A DNA stretch of 64,000 bases from Flavobacteriales bacterium (GCA_029248105.1 JAQWJZ010000027.1:6724-70723); one strand, 5' to 3'. Shown: positions 39,675-51,739, counted from the stretch's first letter. Notes: generated from the sequence alone by a model not told the origin. Made by a program: numbers and translations.

Positions 39675-40946
39675 TTATTCGTCATTTGTTAAATATTTGT
39701 CGATTTTGTCGAGCATTTTTTTGAAAAAATCTCCCAAACCTGCATTTGATGCACTACCCTTTTGGGCTGCACTCAACTCATCGCCATTTTCTTCTTCTAA
39801 AAATTTCATTACTAGTCCTACTCCTGTGGCATACATCGGGCTACTAACATCGACAGGTGAAGTCGATGATATATGTTCGTTAGGATAACCTATCCTACAT
39901 TCAATACCCGTATGAAACTCCACGAGTTGACCAATGTGCTTCAGTTGGCTACCACCACCTGTAAGTACTATTCCTGTAATGAGTTTACTTTCGTACCCAG
40001 AGTTTTTAATCTCATGGTGTACCAATTCTATTATTTCTTCTACCCTAGCTTGTATAATATTTGCTAGGTTTTTTAATGATATTTCTTTAGGATCTCTACC
40101 TCTTAATCCAGGAATAGAAACAATTTCATTTTCTTTGTTTTGACTTGCCAAGGCAGAGCCAAATTTTATTTTTAAGAGTTCTGCCTGATTCTCTAAAATT
40201 GAACATCCTTCTTTAATATCTTGAGTAATGATGTTACCTCCAAATGGGATAACAGCAGTGTGTCTTATTATACCGTCTTTAAATATAGCTACATCAGTAG
40301 TTCCTCCTCCAATATCTACTAGTGCAACTCCTGCTTCTATTTCTTGATGATCCAAAACAGATGTTGCCGAAGCTAGTGGCTCTAATGTTAAGCCGGTCAT
40401 AGCAAGACTTGCATTATTAACACATTTCTTAATATTTGAGATGGCAGCTGTTTGACCAGTTATAATATGAAAATTGGCTTCGAGCTGCACCCCTACCATA
40501 CCTCTAGGGTCTGGGAAATTATCTTGCTTATCTACTATATATTCTTGTGGAATAACATGGATGATTTCTTCACCTGGAACCATCACTAGTTTGTACATGT
40601 TTTGCATCAATTTATCAATATCAGCATCATTGATTTCAGTTTCAAGATTCTCTCTGACCAATTGCCCTCTATGCTGTAAACTTTTGATATGTTGACCTGC
40701 TATCCCTACATTAACATTTTTCACTTGTAAGCCTGAAGAAGTTATCGCCTCATCTAATGCTTTATTAATGGACTGGGTGGTTTTGTCTATATTGGCAACT
40801 ATACCACGCATGACTCCTGTCGATGGAGCATTTCCCATGCCGAGGATTTCGATTTTGCCATGTTCATTTTTACGACCTACAATGACCGTTATTTTTGTGG
40901 TTCCAATATCAAGACCGACAGCTATTTTTGAGGTATTTTCTTCCAT
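39675..40946 (-). CDS. ftsA: cell division protein FtsA
   Basis: Actin-like ATPase fold (VGLDIGTTKI, DIGGGTTD). I prefer the ATG at 40946 (MEENTSKIAVGLD). Confidence 0.93.
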   Translation of the reverse strand: MEENTSKIAVGLDIGTTKITVIVGRKNEHGKIEILGMGNAPSTGVMRGIVANIDKTTQSINKALDEAITSSGLQVKNVNVGIAGQHIKSLQHRGQLVRENLETEINDADIDKLMQNMYKLVMVPGEEIIHVIPQEYIVDKQDNFPDPRGMVGVQLEANFHIITGQTAAISNIKKCVNNASLAMTGLTLEPLASATSVLDHQEIEAGVALVDIGGGTTDVAIFKDGIIRHTAVIPFGGNIITQDIKEGCSILENQAELLKIKFGSALASQNKENEIVSIPGLRGRDPKEISLKNLANIIQARVEEIIELVHHEIKNSGYESKLITGIVLTGGGSQLKHIGQLVEFHTGIECRIGYPNEHISSTSPVDVSSPMYATGVGLVMKFLEEENGDELSAAQKGSASNAGLGDFFKKMLDKIDKYLTNDE

Positions 40947-40948
40947 AA

Positions 40949-41701
40949 TTATCTTTTTACACAAACAATTTGATTCCTAAACTTTAAGTTGATTTCTTTA
41001 TAATTATTCCAACCCACTTGATTAACTCCTTGCTCATAAAACAAATACAGTTTTCTGAATTTGTCTTTATAATTTTCGACATCACCAAGTAAAATGGTGT
41101 GATTTCCAACTCTAGGTATAAGCTCTATTTCCTTATTCTCTTTAAAGTAAATTTGAACAATTTGAGATTGCCATAATGAGTCTGATGAGATATAATTTGC
41201 TAGTATAAGCGCATTAGAAAAATCTACACTATCTTCTATATTCCCATTAGCAATAAGCAGATGCTCGGTGTAATTTGTTGACAAACTAAACATAGAACCA
41301 TTGGCGTCCATATAAAAATCTTCACTTCCTTCTGGGCTTACCCTTACAACAGCTTTTTTCTGATTTACTTCTACATGAAGCATCCCTTCCATGTCTATAA
41401 AGACCTCAGCATTTTTGACATTTTTTAATCCTTCAATTTTACGTTCAATATCAAAGATTGGGATTGCATTGACCAACTTGCCCACGATAGTATCTTGAAT
41501 GGATTCCATAAGTAGAATTATTTCTCCTCGAGTTATTAGCGATATGTTTTCATCAGCTAACTCAATTCGATAGTCTACACATCGTTTTTCACTATGGCGT
41601 TGATTCGTAAAGCCTAATAGAAAAATTAAGCCTACAACAAATAATATTTGTGATATTATCTTAACCCATTTCATTGACGTAACATTTTTTAATTGGTTCA
41701 A
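40949..41701 (-). CDS. ftsQ: cell division protein FtsQ-like (POTRA)
   Basis: A single N-terminal TM helix followed by a POTRA-like region. It sits between murC and ftsA. The start is ambiguous (41701 or 41674). Confidence 0.75.
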   Translation of the reverse strand: MNQLKNVTSMKWVKIISQILFVVGLIFLLGFTNQRHSEKRCVDYRIELADENISLITRGEIILLMESIQDTIVGKLVNAIPIFDIERKIEGLKNVKNAEVFIDMEGMLHVEVNQKKAVVRVSPEGSEDFYMDANGSMFSLSTNYTEHLLIANGNIEDSVDFSNALILANYISSDSLWQSQIVQIYFKENKEIELIPRVGNHTILLGDVENYKDKFRKLYLFYEQGVNQVGWNNYKEINLKFRNQIVCVKR

Positions 41702-43064
41702 CGAATTGGTCTATATCTCCTGCCCCAAGCGTTAGTAACAGTTCTCTTTTCGGGTTGATTAATTCTTCAACTAAATCGACTTTACTAACGAGAGATTTTT
41801 CACACTCTGAGATTTTATCTAGAAGCATTTTTGAATCTACCCCTTCAATAGGTAATTCTCTAGCTGGGTAAATATCTAACAACAACACCTCGTCTGCTAA
41901 TGATAACGCATCGCCAAATTCGGAAGCAAAATCTCGTGTTCTGGAATATAAATGAGGCTGAAATACTACCGTTATCTTTTTATTTGGAAATAACTCTTTG
42001 GTAGCTATTAGCGTTGCTTTAATTTCTTCTGGGTGATGAGCGTAGTCGTCGATATATACATATTTACCTTTAGCATGTAGATCATATCTTCTTTTTACGC
42101 CTTTAAAATCGGCTATTGCAGATTTTATATTTTGCGGATTCGCCCCTAATGAAGATGCTACAACAATTGCCGCCAAGGCATTTTCCACATTATGTTTTCC
42201 AGGCAATTGGAGCTGAACATCTTTTAACTCATATTCATATACTTGACCAGGCATTAAATCTTTGATATTAGCATCAAATTGCTGAGCTCCATTCTCTATA
42301 CATAAATTAATAGCAAAGTTGTCTGCTCTTAAAGATGCGGAATAGGTCATCAGACTAATATCCTCAGGGCAATCAAAATCTATATTTATGGATTTGTTTA
42401 CTAAAAGAAGACCATTAGGCTTAGTATTCTTAGCAAACATTTTAAATGTATTCTGCATATCCTCTGCATTTTCATAAATGTCTAAATGGTCAGGATCAAC
42501 AGAGGTAATTATTGTAATATCTGGAGAAAGCTTTAAAAAAGATCTATCGTATTCATCAGCTTCAACAACGACAATATTACCAGATTCTGATAACAATAGA
42601 TTAGAATTATAATTACTACTAATTCCTCCTAAAAAGGCGGTGCAGTATATATCTGAATACTTTAATATATGTGCCAAAATACATGAGGTAGTTGTTTTAC
42701 CATGTGTTCCTGCAACAGCAATAGTGTAGGCATCTTCTGTAATAAGACCTAACAACTCTGCTCGTTTCAAAACGATCCACTTATGAGAAGAAAATGGTGT
42801 TAATTGCGGACTACTTAAACTTACGGCCGGAGTATATACAATAAGTACTGACTGAAAGTCGGAGTCAAGGATTTCTTGTGGTATATAATTCTCATCAAAA
42901 TGTAAGTTAATACCCTCGTCAGTTAGTGCTTGAGTAATTGTGGAGGGGGTTTTATCATAACCACTTACTTTCTTACCCTTTGCATTAAAGTAACGTGCCA
43001 AGGCAGACATTCCGATACCGCCTATTCCAACGAAATAAATATGTTCAACTAACTTAATATTCAT
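41661..43064 (-). CDS. murC: UDP-N-acetylmuramate--L-alanine ligase
   Basis: IYFVGIGGIGMSALA and GTHGKTTT place it in the Mur ligase family. Its position follows murG. Confidence 0.93.
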   Translation of the reverse strand: MNIKLVEHIYFVGIGGIGMSALARYFNAKGKKVSGYDKTPSTITQALTDEGINLHFDENYIPQEILDSDFQSVLIVYTPAVSLSSPQLTPFSSHKWIVLKRAELLGLITEDAYTIAVAGTHGKTTTSCILAHILKYSDIYCTAFLGGISSNYNSNLLLSESGNIVVVEADEYDRSFLKLSPDITIITSVDPDHLDIYENAEDMQNTFKMFAKNTKPNGLLLVNKSINIDFDCPEDISLMTYSASLRADNFAINLCIENGAQQFDANIKDLMPGQVYEYELKDVQLQLPGKHNVENALAAIVVASSLGANPQNIKSAIADFKGVKRRYDLHAKGKYVYIDDYAHHPEEIKATLIATKELFPNKKITVVFQPHLYSRTRDFASEFGDALSLADEVLLLDIYPARELPIEGVDSKMLLDKISECEKSLVSKVDLVEELINPKRELLLTLGAGDIDQFVEPIKKCYVNEMG

Positions 43065-44167
43065 TTTTCTTGCACTAATTTTAAAACCTCATCTACAATG
43101 AGAGCCGATGAGTTAGGCATAGCTAACTTTTTAATATTTTCTCCTAAACTTTTTTGACCACCATTGTCACTTAACAATCCGAAAATAGCGGCACCTAATT
43201 TTTCTTTGGCTTCAATATCTTTCACCATCAGAGCGGCATTTTTATTTATCAAGGCCATGGCATTTTTTGTTTGATGGTCTTCAGCCACATTGGGCGAAGG
43301 GACTAATATTGCAGGTTTCCCTATCAAACATAGCTCTGAAATTGTACTTGCTCCAGCTCTCGATATAATTATATCAGCAACACTATATGCTAAGTCCATA
43401 TCGTAAATGAAAGCATGGGCCTGAACATTGGATAAACTATGGCATATTTCCTTAGCTTTCTTTTCATAGGACAAGCCTGTTTGCCATATAACTTGAATAT
43501 TGTTTTTCTCAAACTCTTGGGCAAGAGATGCTATCGATTGATTGATTGTCCTTGCTCCTAAACTACCTCCAACAACTAATACCGTAGGTCGCTTATCGTT
43601 CAGATTAAATTGCTGAATAGCTTGGTGCTTTTTAGAAGCTGATGCAAGTAAATCTTGACGAACAGGATTGCCTAATAGCATTAGCTTATCTTTTGGAAAA
43701 AAGCGTTGCATATTGTCGTATGCTACACATATCTTCTGAACAGATTTTGACAATAGCCTATTGGTTATACCTGGATATGAATTTTGCTCTTGTATAAGTG
43801 CTGGTATTGAAAGTTTCGATGCCGCAAATAAGAGTGGTCCACTTGCATAGCCTCCAGTACCAACAACCACGGAGGGTTTGTATTTTTTTACTATCCAATA
43901 GGACTTCCAAAGACTTGATATTAATTTGAATGGGAACAATAAGTTTCTTGTGTCTTTCCAATTTCTTTGGAGTCCACTTATATTTAAACCCTGGATTGAA
44001 TACCCTGCTTTAGGAACCTTCTCCATTTCCATACGCCCTTTTGCACCAACAAATAGTATATCTATGTCCTTAACTCTTTGTTTCAGTTCATTGGCAATAG
44101 AAATCGCTGGGAAGATATGCCCTCCAGTACCGCCACCACTTATGATTACTCTAATTGACATTGGCAC
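43061..44167 (-). CDS. murG: undecaprenyldiphospho-muramoylpentapeptide beta-N-acetylglucosaminyltransferase
   Basis: The N-terminus ISGGGTGGHIFPA..IA is typical of MurG. Confidence 0.93.
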   Translation of the reverse strand: MPMSIRVIISGGGTGGHIFPAISIANELKQRVKDIDILFVGAKGRMEMEKVPKAGYSIQGLNISGLQRNWKDTRNLLFPFKLISSLWKSYWIVKKYKPSVVVGTGGYASGPLLFAASKLSIPALIQEQNSYPGITNRLLSKSVQKICVAYDNMQRFFPKDKLMLLGNPVRQDLLASASKKHQAIQQFNLNDKRPTVLVVGGSLGARTINQSIASLAQEFEKNNIQVIWQTGLSYEKKAKEICHSLSNVQAHAFIYDMDLAYSVADIIISRAGASTISELCLIGKPAILVPSPNVAEDHQTKNAMALINKNAALMVKDIEAKEKLGAAIFGLLSDNGGQKSLGENIKKLAMPNSSALIVDEVLKLVQEK

Positions 44168-45317
44168 TTATTTTAGAAACGTTAACACTTCGACTAGTAC
44201 TTAGGATAATTCCTAAGGAAACACATGTGAATATGACCGAAACACCACCCATACTAATAAGGGGTAAGGTTTGACCTGTAACAGGAAAAAAATCAACTGC
44301 CACAGCCATATTTATAAAAGCTTGTAGAACTAAAGATATGCTTAGTCCTACTCCTAAATAAGCTGCTAATGGATCATTAGCTAGATTAAAAATCCGTTTA
44401 CCACGAAGCAATAGCACTACATAAGCAAAGACTACTGTAAATCCGCCTAAGACCCCCCATTCTTCAATGAGTATAGCATAAACATAATCCGAATTGGGTA
44501 ATGGTAAAACATTACGTTGAGTACTTTTTCCAGGACCTCTGCCTTTAATACCGCCATTCACTATGGCTATTTTAGCATGAGCTACTTGATAAAATTCATC
44601 GCTATTTACGGACTTATCTTCAGAAAAATTCTTCACCCTATTGACCCACGTTTGAGCTCTAGGGAATGTTTTTTTCAAGGCAGGAACTGTTAAGGATAAA
44701 CTGATTACAAGAACGCCTAATGTGAGAATACTTGCTAGAAGAAGTGCTAAATATTTAAAGGGAACACCCCCCAAGTATAACAACATAATACCAGCCAAAA
44801 ATATCATTGCGGCAGTAGAAAGGTTGGCAGGAAAGATAATTGCACAAACCAAGATTAAAGGCGCAAATAATTTCAATGAAACTTTCTTTAAATCATTAAG
44901 ATCTTTCTGGCTTCTTACCAACTGACGAGCTAGAAATACTGTAATTGCAATTTTTCCTATTTCAAATGTGTTGATAGGCATATCTGCAATAGTTATCCAA
45001 CGGTTGGCATCGTTTAGAGATGTTCCAAAAGCTACTGTATATAAAAGTATAGGAATGGCAATGATAAAACCTAACTGCCCTAAGCGAGAGAAATATTTAT
45101 GGGGCACCTTGTGAACAAAATACATCAATACAAGTCCAACAATTAAAAACTTGAAATGTTTGAAAAACAAATGCCATGTATTACCTCCATACGAAGTATA
45201 TGCTAAACCACCTGTTGCACTATATACTACTACAATAGATACAATAAACAGAAAAAATACAACTGCCCAAATGCGAGTATCGCCCTCTAAGTTTATGTAT
45301 TCTTTTAGCTTATTCAT
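44151..45317 (-). CDS. ftsW: FtsW/RodA/SpoVE-family peptidoglycan glycosyltransferase
   Basis: A 10-TM SEDS profile with the C-terminal motif PVTGQTLPLISMGG.S. Confidence 0.9.
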   Translation of the reverse strand: MNKLKEYINLEGDTRIWAVVFFLFIVSIVVVYSATGGLAYTSYGGNTWHLFFKHFKFLIVGLVLMYFVHKVPHKYFSRLGQLGFIIAIPILLYTVAFGTSLNDANRWITIADMPINTFEIGKIAITVFLARQLVRSQKDLNDLKKVSLKLFAPLILVCAIIFPANLSTAAMIFLAGIMLLYLGGVPFKYLALLLASILTLGVLVISLSLTVPALKKTFPRAQTWVNRVKNFSEDKSVNSDEFYQVAHAKIAIVNGGIKGRGPGKSTQRNVLPLPNSDYVYAILIEEWGVLGGFTVVFAYVVLLLRGKRIFNLANDPLAAYLGVGLSISLVLQAFINMAVAVDFFPVTGQTLPLISMGGVSVIFTCVSLGIILSTSRSVNVSKISANVN

Positions 45318-46643
45318 TTATAAACTTCTTACAGATGATTTGAATTCATAGCCTCTGTGCTCATAATTTTCAAACAAATCAAAACTAGCACAGGCTGGTG
45401 AAAGTAAAACAGCATCTCCTTTTTTAGCATGAGAATAGGATTGATTAACGGCCTCATCCATTGATGAAGCGAAAGTCATCTCAATACTTAAGTTTTCAAA
45501 TGCCGATTTTATAGACTCTATATTTTCTCCTAAGCAAACAATTGCTTTTACCTTTTCTTTAATTAAAGGGATAAGAGATGTATAATCATTGCCTTTGTCA
45601 ACTCCACCAACGATCCAGATGGTGTTTTTGGTCATACTCTCTAAAGCATACCAAGTCGAATTTACATTGGTAGCCTTTGAGTCGTTAATGAACTCAATAC
45701 CATGTACCTTAATGACTCTTTCAAGACGATGTTCTACGTTCTTAAAATCAATAAGACTTTCTCTTATTAAATCTTTGTTTAAATCTAAAATTCGTGCTGA
45801 AATAGCTGCAGCCATAGAATTGTAGATGTTGTGTTTGCCTTGTAAGGCTAATTGTTGAATATTCATACTAAATGATTCTTGGTTAATATTTATTTCTAAC
45901 TCATCTTTACTTAAACAAGCTCCTTTAATCTGGTTTTCTTTAATGGAAAAAGGCAACCTTTGAGCTTGAGTGTTTAAATGCGTTGTTAAATTTAAATCGT
46001 CTGAACAGTAGATTAAATAATCCTCTGAACTTTGATTCATTGTTATTCTCATTTTCGACTGAATGTAGTTTTCCATTTTATTGGCATACCGATCCAAATG
46101 GTCTGGCGTGATATTTAATAAAATGGCGATGTTAGGCTTGAAACTTTGTATTCCATCAAGCTGAAAACTACTTAACTCCAAAACATAAATGTCATGTGAC
46201 TCCTTAGCAACTTGCAGTGCAAAGCTTTCACCAACATTTCCGGCGACCCCAACATTTAACCCTGCTTTTTTGAGCATATGACCCACTAACAAGGTGGTGG
46301 TTGTTTTGCCATTACTACCTGTAATCCCAATAATAATAGCGTTGGTATATCGTGCAGCAAATTCAATTTCTGAAATGATTGGTATTGAGGCATTTTTTAA
46401 ATCTAATATCAAAGGAATAGTATCTGGTATACCAGGGCTTTTGACAATTAAATCTGCTTTGAAAAAACGCTCCTCGGAATGTGTTTCTTCCTCCCATTCA
46501 ATCGCATTATGTGTAAGAACATTTTTGTATTTCTCTTTAATCTTTCCTATGTCAGAAAGAAATACGTCAAATCCTTTTTGTTGCGCTAAGATTGCTGCTC
46601 CACAGCCACTTTCTCCACCTCCTAGCACAACTATTTTTTCCAT
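45318..46643 (-). CDS. murD: UDP-N-acetylmuramoylalanine--D-glutamate ligase
   Basis: The start [13 protein letters not shown] at 46643 shares 1 nt with the mraY stop (TAATG). It also has GITGSNGKTTT. Confidence 0.92.
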   Translation of the reverse strand: MEKIVVLGGGESGCGAAILAQQKGFDVFLSDIGKIKEKYKNVLTHNAIEWEEETHSEERFFKADLIVKSPGIPDTIPLILDLKNASIPIISEIEFAARYTNAIIIGITGSNGKTTTTLLVGHMLKKAGLNVGVAGNVGESFALQVAKESHDIYVLELSSFQLDGIQSFKPNIAILLNITPDHLDRYANKMENYIQSKMRITMNQSSEDYLIYCSDDLNLTTHLNTQAQRLPFSIKENQIKGACLSKDELEININQESFSMNIQQLALQGKHNIYNSMAAAISARILDLNKDLIRESLIDFKNVEHRLERVIKVHGIEFINDSKATNVNSTWYALESMTKNTIWIVGGVDKGNDYTSLIPLIKEKVKAIVCLGENIESIKSAFENLSIEMTFASSMDEAVNQSYSHAKKGDAVLLSPACASFDLFENYEHRGYEFKSSVRSL

Positions 46644-47854
46644 TATCGCAGTTTTAAAGTGACAATGGTTAGAACGGCTAACATGACTCCAACAATCCAA
46701 AAGCGAGTCACGATTTTACTTTCGTGCATTCCTAACTTTTGAAAATGATGATGTAATGGTGCCATCTTGAAAATTCGACGACCTTCGCCAAATTTCTTTT
46801 TGGTGTATTTGAAATAACCGACTTGCAGCATTACTGACAAATTCTCTACTAAGAATACGCCACACAAGACAGGTATTAATAATTCTTTTCTGATAGCAAT
46901 TGCAAAAACCGCAATTATTCCTCCTAGTGCTAGACTACCTGTATCACCCATAAATACTTGTGCAGGGTAAGAGTTATACCATAGGAAACCTACACAAGCA
47001 CCAACAAAGGCTGCCATATAAATTACTAGCTCTCCCGAGTTAGGTAAATACATGATGTTGAGATAATCGGCAAAAAATACATTACCAGACACATAGGCTA
47101 ATATGCCTAAGGTGGCACCTATTATTGCTGAGGTTCCGGTTGCTAAACCATCTAAACCATCTGTCATGTTTGCACCATTACTAACAGCAGTAACTACAAA
47201 AATGACCATCAGCACAAAGATTATCCATGAATATTTTACAGCACCATCGCCTAACCAGCTGAGTAAAGTCGTATAGTCAAATTCATTGTTTTTCACAAAA
47301 GGAATGGTTGTTTTTAAAGATTTTGTTTCCTCTCCAAAAACAATTTCAGTATTGGAATTGGCATGTCTTACTTCTTCTTTAATGGTTATCCCATCGTGGA
47401 AGTACATCGTTAGGGCAATGATTAGTCCCAAGCCTACTTGTCCTATAATTTTGAATCTTCCTGCTAATCCTTCTTTATCTTTTTTAAAGACTTTAATGTA
47501 ATCATCTATGAAGCCTATAAGGCCTAGCCACACCGTTGAGATTATCATTATGATTACATAAATATTAGAAAGCTTAGCAAATAAAAGTGTGGGTAATAAT
47601 ATTGCCGCGAGGATAATCAAACCTCCCATCGTTGGCGTTCCTTTCTTCTGTGCTTCACCCTCTAAGCCAAGCGTTCTAACTTCTTCGCCAATTTGTTTGT
47701 TTCTAATAAGGTTGATAATCTTTCCTCCAAAAACCATAGACACTAATAATGAGGTAATCACGGCTAATGCTGCTCTAAAAGAAATGTATTGAAACACACC
47801 TGCCCCAGGTAATTGATAAACGGATTCTAAATATTCAAATAAGTAATAAATCAT
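46643..47854 (-). CDS. mraY: phospho-N-acetylmuramoyl-pentapeptide transferase
   Basis: GKEGTPTMGG-type (KKGTPTMGG), [13 protein letters not shown] and [11 protein letters not shown]. Confidence 0.95.
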   Translation of the reverse strand: MIYYLFEYLESVYQLPGAGVFQYISFRAALAVITSLLVSMVFGGKIINLIRNKQIGEEVRTLGLEGEAQKKGTPTMGGLIILAAILLPTLLFAKLSNIYVIIMIISTVWLGLIGFIDDYIKVFKKDKEGLAGRFKIIGQVGLGLIIALTMYFHDGITIKEEVRHANSNTEIVFGEETKSLKTTIPFVKNNEFDYTTLLSWLGDGAVKYSWIIFVLMVIFVVTAVSNGANMTDGLDGLATGTSAIIGATLGILAYVSGNVFFADYLNIMYLPNSGELVIYMAAFVGACVGFLWYNSYPAQVFMGDTGSLALGGIIAVFAIAIRKELLIPVLCGVFLVENLSVMLQVGYFKYTKKKFGEGRRIFKMAPLHHHFQKLGMHESKIVTRFWIVGVMLAVLTIVTLKLR

Positions 47855-49314
47855 TATTTTCTAAGTAGGTTAAATGTGTTTTTTAATTCTTCTTTGTCAT
47901 CGAAAGGAAACTTCTCGCCATCGACTTCTTGATATTTTTCATGTCCTTTTCCCGCTATAAGAATGATATCTCCATCATTGGCTAAAGAACAAGCCGTCTT
48001 GATGGCCTCTTTTCTATCAGAAATGGTTAATACTTTCTTTTGATTTTTGGAATCTACACCTTGAGCGATATCTTTCAATATAGCCTCTGGTTTTTCAGTA
48101 CGAGGATTATCACTTGTTATAATTATCCTATCGCTAAGTTCTGAGGCAATCTGCCCCATTTTCGGACGTTTAGTTTTATCTCTATCGCCTCCACAGCCAA
48201 ATACAGTAATTAATTGCTGCTCATTTTTAATCTCGTTAATAGTACGGATAACATTGAGCAAAGCATCTGGAGTGTGAGCATAATCTACTATACCTACACA
48301 GCCTTCGCTAGATCTAAAAACCTCGAATCTACCTTCTGCGCTATTCAAAACACTAAGACTAGTGAGCGCTTGTAAATTATCTTCTCCCAAAAGGGTAGCC
48401 GTAGCATAAATGGCTAATAGGTTGTAAGCATTAAACTCACCGATAAGCTTAGTCCATACTTCCTTACCTTCCACATTTAAAAGCATTCCATCAAATTGAT
48501 GCTCAATGATTTTGGCTTTGAAATCAGCTGAGGACTTTAGAGCGTAACTGTATGTTTTAGCGTCACAATGGTGTAACATATTTAAGCCATGTCTATCGTC
48601 TTTATTTACCAAAGCAAATGCATTGGTCGGAAGGCTATCGAATAGTGCTTTTTTTGCTAATATGTAATCATCAAAAGTCTTATGATAATCTAGATGATCA
48701 TGTGAAATATTTGTAAAAACGGCTCCTGTAAAATGCAATCCAGATATTCTATTTTGGTGTATAGCATGAGAACTCGCTTCCATAAAACAAAACTTACAAT
48801 CCTCATTAACCATTTCTGATAATAGCTTGTTGATGCTTAAAGCATCTGGTGTAGTATGTGTAGATGGAATTTCGTTAAACCCAATCTTATTGACTATGGT
48901 TGATAAAACACCTGACTTTACCCCTAGCGATTGATAAAACTGATGCAACAAACTAACTATGGAGGTTTTTCCGTTAGTCCCTGTCACAGCAACAAGCTTT
49001 AATTTATCTGAAGGATTATCGTAAAAGTTTGAAGCAATTAAACCTAAGGCTTTCGAACTATCCTTAACTCTTATATATGTAATGCCATCGGGCTTCGTAA
49101 GGGGTAGCTCTTCTGCTAGAATAGCCACAGCTCCTTTCTCAATGGCCTGACTTATATATTCATGACCATCACTAAGAGTACCTTTAATTGCTATAAATAA
49201 AGCGTCTTTCGATACCTTTCTTGAATCGAAACAAACATTGGGTATTGCTTTATGAGTCGAACCAGCAACTTCAAGTATTTCTACTTTAAACAATATGTCT
49301 TGTAATAACTTCAT
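47854..49314 (-). CDS. murE: UDP-N-acetylmuramoyl-L-alanyl-D-glutamate--2,6-diaminopimelate ligase
   Basis: VTGTNGKTS, and a DNPR motif in ITSDNPRTE. Confidence 0.92.
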   Translation of the reverse strand: MKLLQDILFKVEILEVAGSTHKAIPNVCFDSRKVSKDALFIAIKGTLSDGHEYISQAIEKGAVAILAEELPLTKPDGITYIRVKDSSKALGLIASNFYDNPSDKLKLVAVTGTNGKTSIVSLLHQFYQSLGVKSGVLSTIVNKIGFNEIPSTHTTPDALSINKLLSEMVNEDCKFCFMEASSHAIHQNRISGLHFTGAVFTNISHDHLDYHKTFDDYILAKKALFDSLPTNAFALVNKDDRHGLNMLHHCDAKTYSYALKSSADFKAKIIEHQFDGMLLNVEGKEVWTKLIGEFNAYNLLAIYATATLLGEDNLQALTSLSVLNSAEGRFEVFRSSEGCVGIVDYAHTPDALLNVIRTINEIKNEQQLITVFGCGGDRDKTKRPKMGQIASELSDRIIITSDNPRTEKPEAILKDIAQGVDSKNQKKVLTISDRKEAIKTACSLANDGDIILIAGKGHEKYQEVDGEKFPFDDKEELKNTFNLLRK

Positions 49315-51395
49315 GACAGTACAATTGTTAAGTTTTGACCTCTTCTTATCTGTGCACCTTTAGTGATTGATTGTTCTTTTACACTCCCTCGACCAGAGTA
49401 ATTGACCTTTAATCCATAATTCTCTAAAAGAAATAGCACATCGTTTAATCCCATTCCTTTGATATTGGGCATTTTATTTTTTTCTAAATCCCGTGTAATA
49501 TTTCTAGTTTGTAGTTGTACTTCTTCCTTTTTAGATTTAGTAAGTACCCACTGGGCCATATTATCATCGCTAGAAATGGGAACATCTAAAACGTTAAATA
49601 CAGTTGTTAAATGTTTTTTATAACCATCTTTTGAAACAGGTATTTGATGTTTTTTCAAAGTGTCTTCTTCATATACACTTAAGTCGGTATTCATTACATA
49701 ATCCGATATTTTTCTGAACACTGGAGCCGCAACATCACCACCATAGCTACCATTTTCTTGAGGATCATTAATCATTACAATACACGCATACTTTGGGTTG
49801 TCAGCAGGAAAATAACCAACGAATGACGCTAAGTGTCTTTGGTTGTTGTAGCTACCATCAACAATGAGCTGAGCAGTCCCTGTCTTTCCTGCAATCTTGT
49901 ATTGCTTAGACTTAATGCTTCTTGCGGTACCATCTTCTACCACACCCTCCAGTATTTTTTTCACCTTATGAATAGTCGTCATTGAACAAATGGATGGGTT
50001 CAGAACTTCAGGGCTAAAGTTTTTTTCTACAATTCCATTTGATATAATAGACTTGACAAATAGGGGTTTCATGCGTTGGCCGTCATTGGCAATAGCCGCA
50101 TAAAAACTGAGAATTTGCAAAGGTGTCATCTTAATTCCGTAGCCAATAGACATCCAAGGTAGAGTAATACCTGACCAATTTGAAGATTGTTTTGGATGTC
50201 TTATATCAGGCTTTACCTCTCCTGATAATGCAATATTTAAAGGCTCATTAAGCCCCATACTATAGAGTCTATCAACGAATTGTGAGGGCTTACTCTTGTA
50301 ATGCTTGTTTATCAACTTGGAAATACCAACATTAGAAGATTTTGTAAAAGATGTTTCCAGAGAAATCACCCCGTATCCTCCCTTTTTAGAGTCACGCATC
50401 ACTCTATCGTAAAAGCTATATTCTCCGCCTGTAGTATTAACAGAATCATCTAATTGAAGATAACCATCTTCTAAACCAGCAATGACAGAGGCTAATTTAA
50501 AAGTTGACCCCGGCTCTACACTTCTACCAATAGCAAAATTGTAAAATTCACTATACTTATCATCTTCAACTTTTTTCAAATTGACAATAGACTTAATCTC
50601 GCCTGTCGCAACTTCCATAAGAATAGTTGTACCGAAATCAGCGTTGTGAAAAGACAATCTATCAAAGAGAGCCTTATGGGCAATGTCTTGAAAACGAATA
50701 TCAATAGTTGTTATAACATCTTTGCCAGGCGAAGACTCTCTTTCTCTTATTGGCATCCATTCGTTTCCTGCCAACCTTTGTTCTAGTCTTTCCCCATCTT
50801 TCCCTTTTAAATCATAATTAAAAGCCCCCTCGATGCCTACAGATTTAGATTGCTTTTTATGGTATCCTATTGTTCTTCCTGCCAATAACTGAAATGGCTT
50901 TTGACGGATATTCAATTGCTTATACTGAAAACCGCCTCTATACCTTCCTTCTCTAAAAATAGGAAAACGCTTTAAGGCTTTAAGGTCATTGAAATTTACC
51001 TTTCTTTTGATAAGAGCATATCTACTTTGCTTTTTCCATATTTTTCTTAGATACATAGAATATTCAAAAGCTGCCTTATCCTCAAAAAGCTCTGACAATA
51101 GCACAGATAATTCTTCGACTTCAGAGAGAAATAATTCTTTATCCACTTGCTTGGCGTCCCAACGTATTTCGTACTCTGGTATAGAAGTTGCTAAGAGAGA
51201 CAAATCGTCAGCATAAATATTTCCTCGAGATGCTGGAACACTTACTGTACGGGTTACATTGTACTTATCGGTATTCCATAAATGGGATTCAAAAAACTGT
51301 GTGTAAAGAGGTTGAATGATAATAACAAGTGCCAACAAAATCATAAAAAGGTATATAGCAACAGCTCGTCTTTTTATGTTTTTAGAATGTTTCAT
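49311..51395 (-). CDS. ftsI: penicillin-binding protein (class B transpeptidase, FtsI-like)
   Basis: Transpeptidase motifs STFK (EPGSTFKL), SSN (KSSN) and KTGT (AGKTGTA). An N-terminal TM anchor is present. Confidence 0.92.
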   Translation of the reverse strand: MKHSKNIKRRAVAIYLFMILLALVIIIQPLYTQFFESHLWNTDKYNVTRTVSVPASRGNIYADDLSLLATSIPEYEIRWDAKQVDKELFLSEVEELSVLLSELFEDKAAFEYSMYLRKIWKKQSRYALIKRKVNFNDLKALKRFPIFREGRYRGGFQYKQLNIRQKPFQLLAGRTIGYHKKQSKSVGIEGAFNYDLKGKDGERLEQRLAGNEWMPIRERESSPGKDVITTIDIRFQDIAHKALFDRLSFHNADFGTTILMEVATGEIKSIVNLKKVEDDKYSEFYNFAIGRSVEPGSTFKLASVIAGLEDGYLQLDDSVNTTGGEYSFYDRVMRDSKKGGYGVISLETSFTKSSNVGISKLINKHYKSKPSQFVDRLYSMGLNEPLNIALSGEVKPDIRHPKQSSNWSGITLPWMSIGYGIKMTPLQILSFYAAIANDGQRMKPLFVKSIISNGIVEKNFSPEVLNPSICSMTTIHKVKKILEGVVEDGTARSIKSKQYKIAGKTGTAQLIVDGSYNNQRHLASFVGYFPADNPKYACIVMINDPQENGSYGGDVAAPVFRKISDYVMNTDLSVYEEDTLKKHQIPVSKDGYKKHLTTVFNVLDVPISSDDNMAQWVLTKSKKEEVQLQTRNITRDLEKNKMPNIKGMGLNDVLFLLENYGLKVNYSGRGSVKEQSITKGAQIRRGQNLTIVLS

Positions 51396-51739
51396 TAGTT
51401 GGCACGGATTATAAATGGTTGGGATTGGCTTTGCTCTAATCCTTGACTAGCTACTAATGCTTGTACTTCCGTTTGCTTACTTTGAAACATCAATAAAGAC
51501 TTGGTAGTAATATATTCTGAACGCAAGTCTTTAAGCTCTCTTTCTAATGATGAAACTGTTCTAACATATCCTTCGGCATTATATGAATTGTTGATATATA
51601 ACACTAAAAGGAAGCAGATATACAGAGAGAAAGGAAGCAATTCAAACAACCCTTTTTCGAGAACCTTGCCACTAAGTAAATCGGAAAGACTATTTTGAAA
51701 CCCTTTCTTAGCCTGATATGTATGTTTCAAATCTTTCAT
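51395..51739 (-). CDS. ftsL: FtsL-like cell division protein
   Basis: 114 aa with one TM helix followed by a coiled-coil-like segment. It lies between rsmH and ftsI. Confidence 0.65.
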   Translation of the reverse strand: MKDLKHTYQAKKGFQNSLSDLLSGKVLEKGLFELLPFSLYICFLLVLYINNSYNAEGYVRTVSSLERELKDLRSEYITTKSLLMFQSKQTEVQALVASQGLEQSQSQPFIIRAN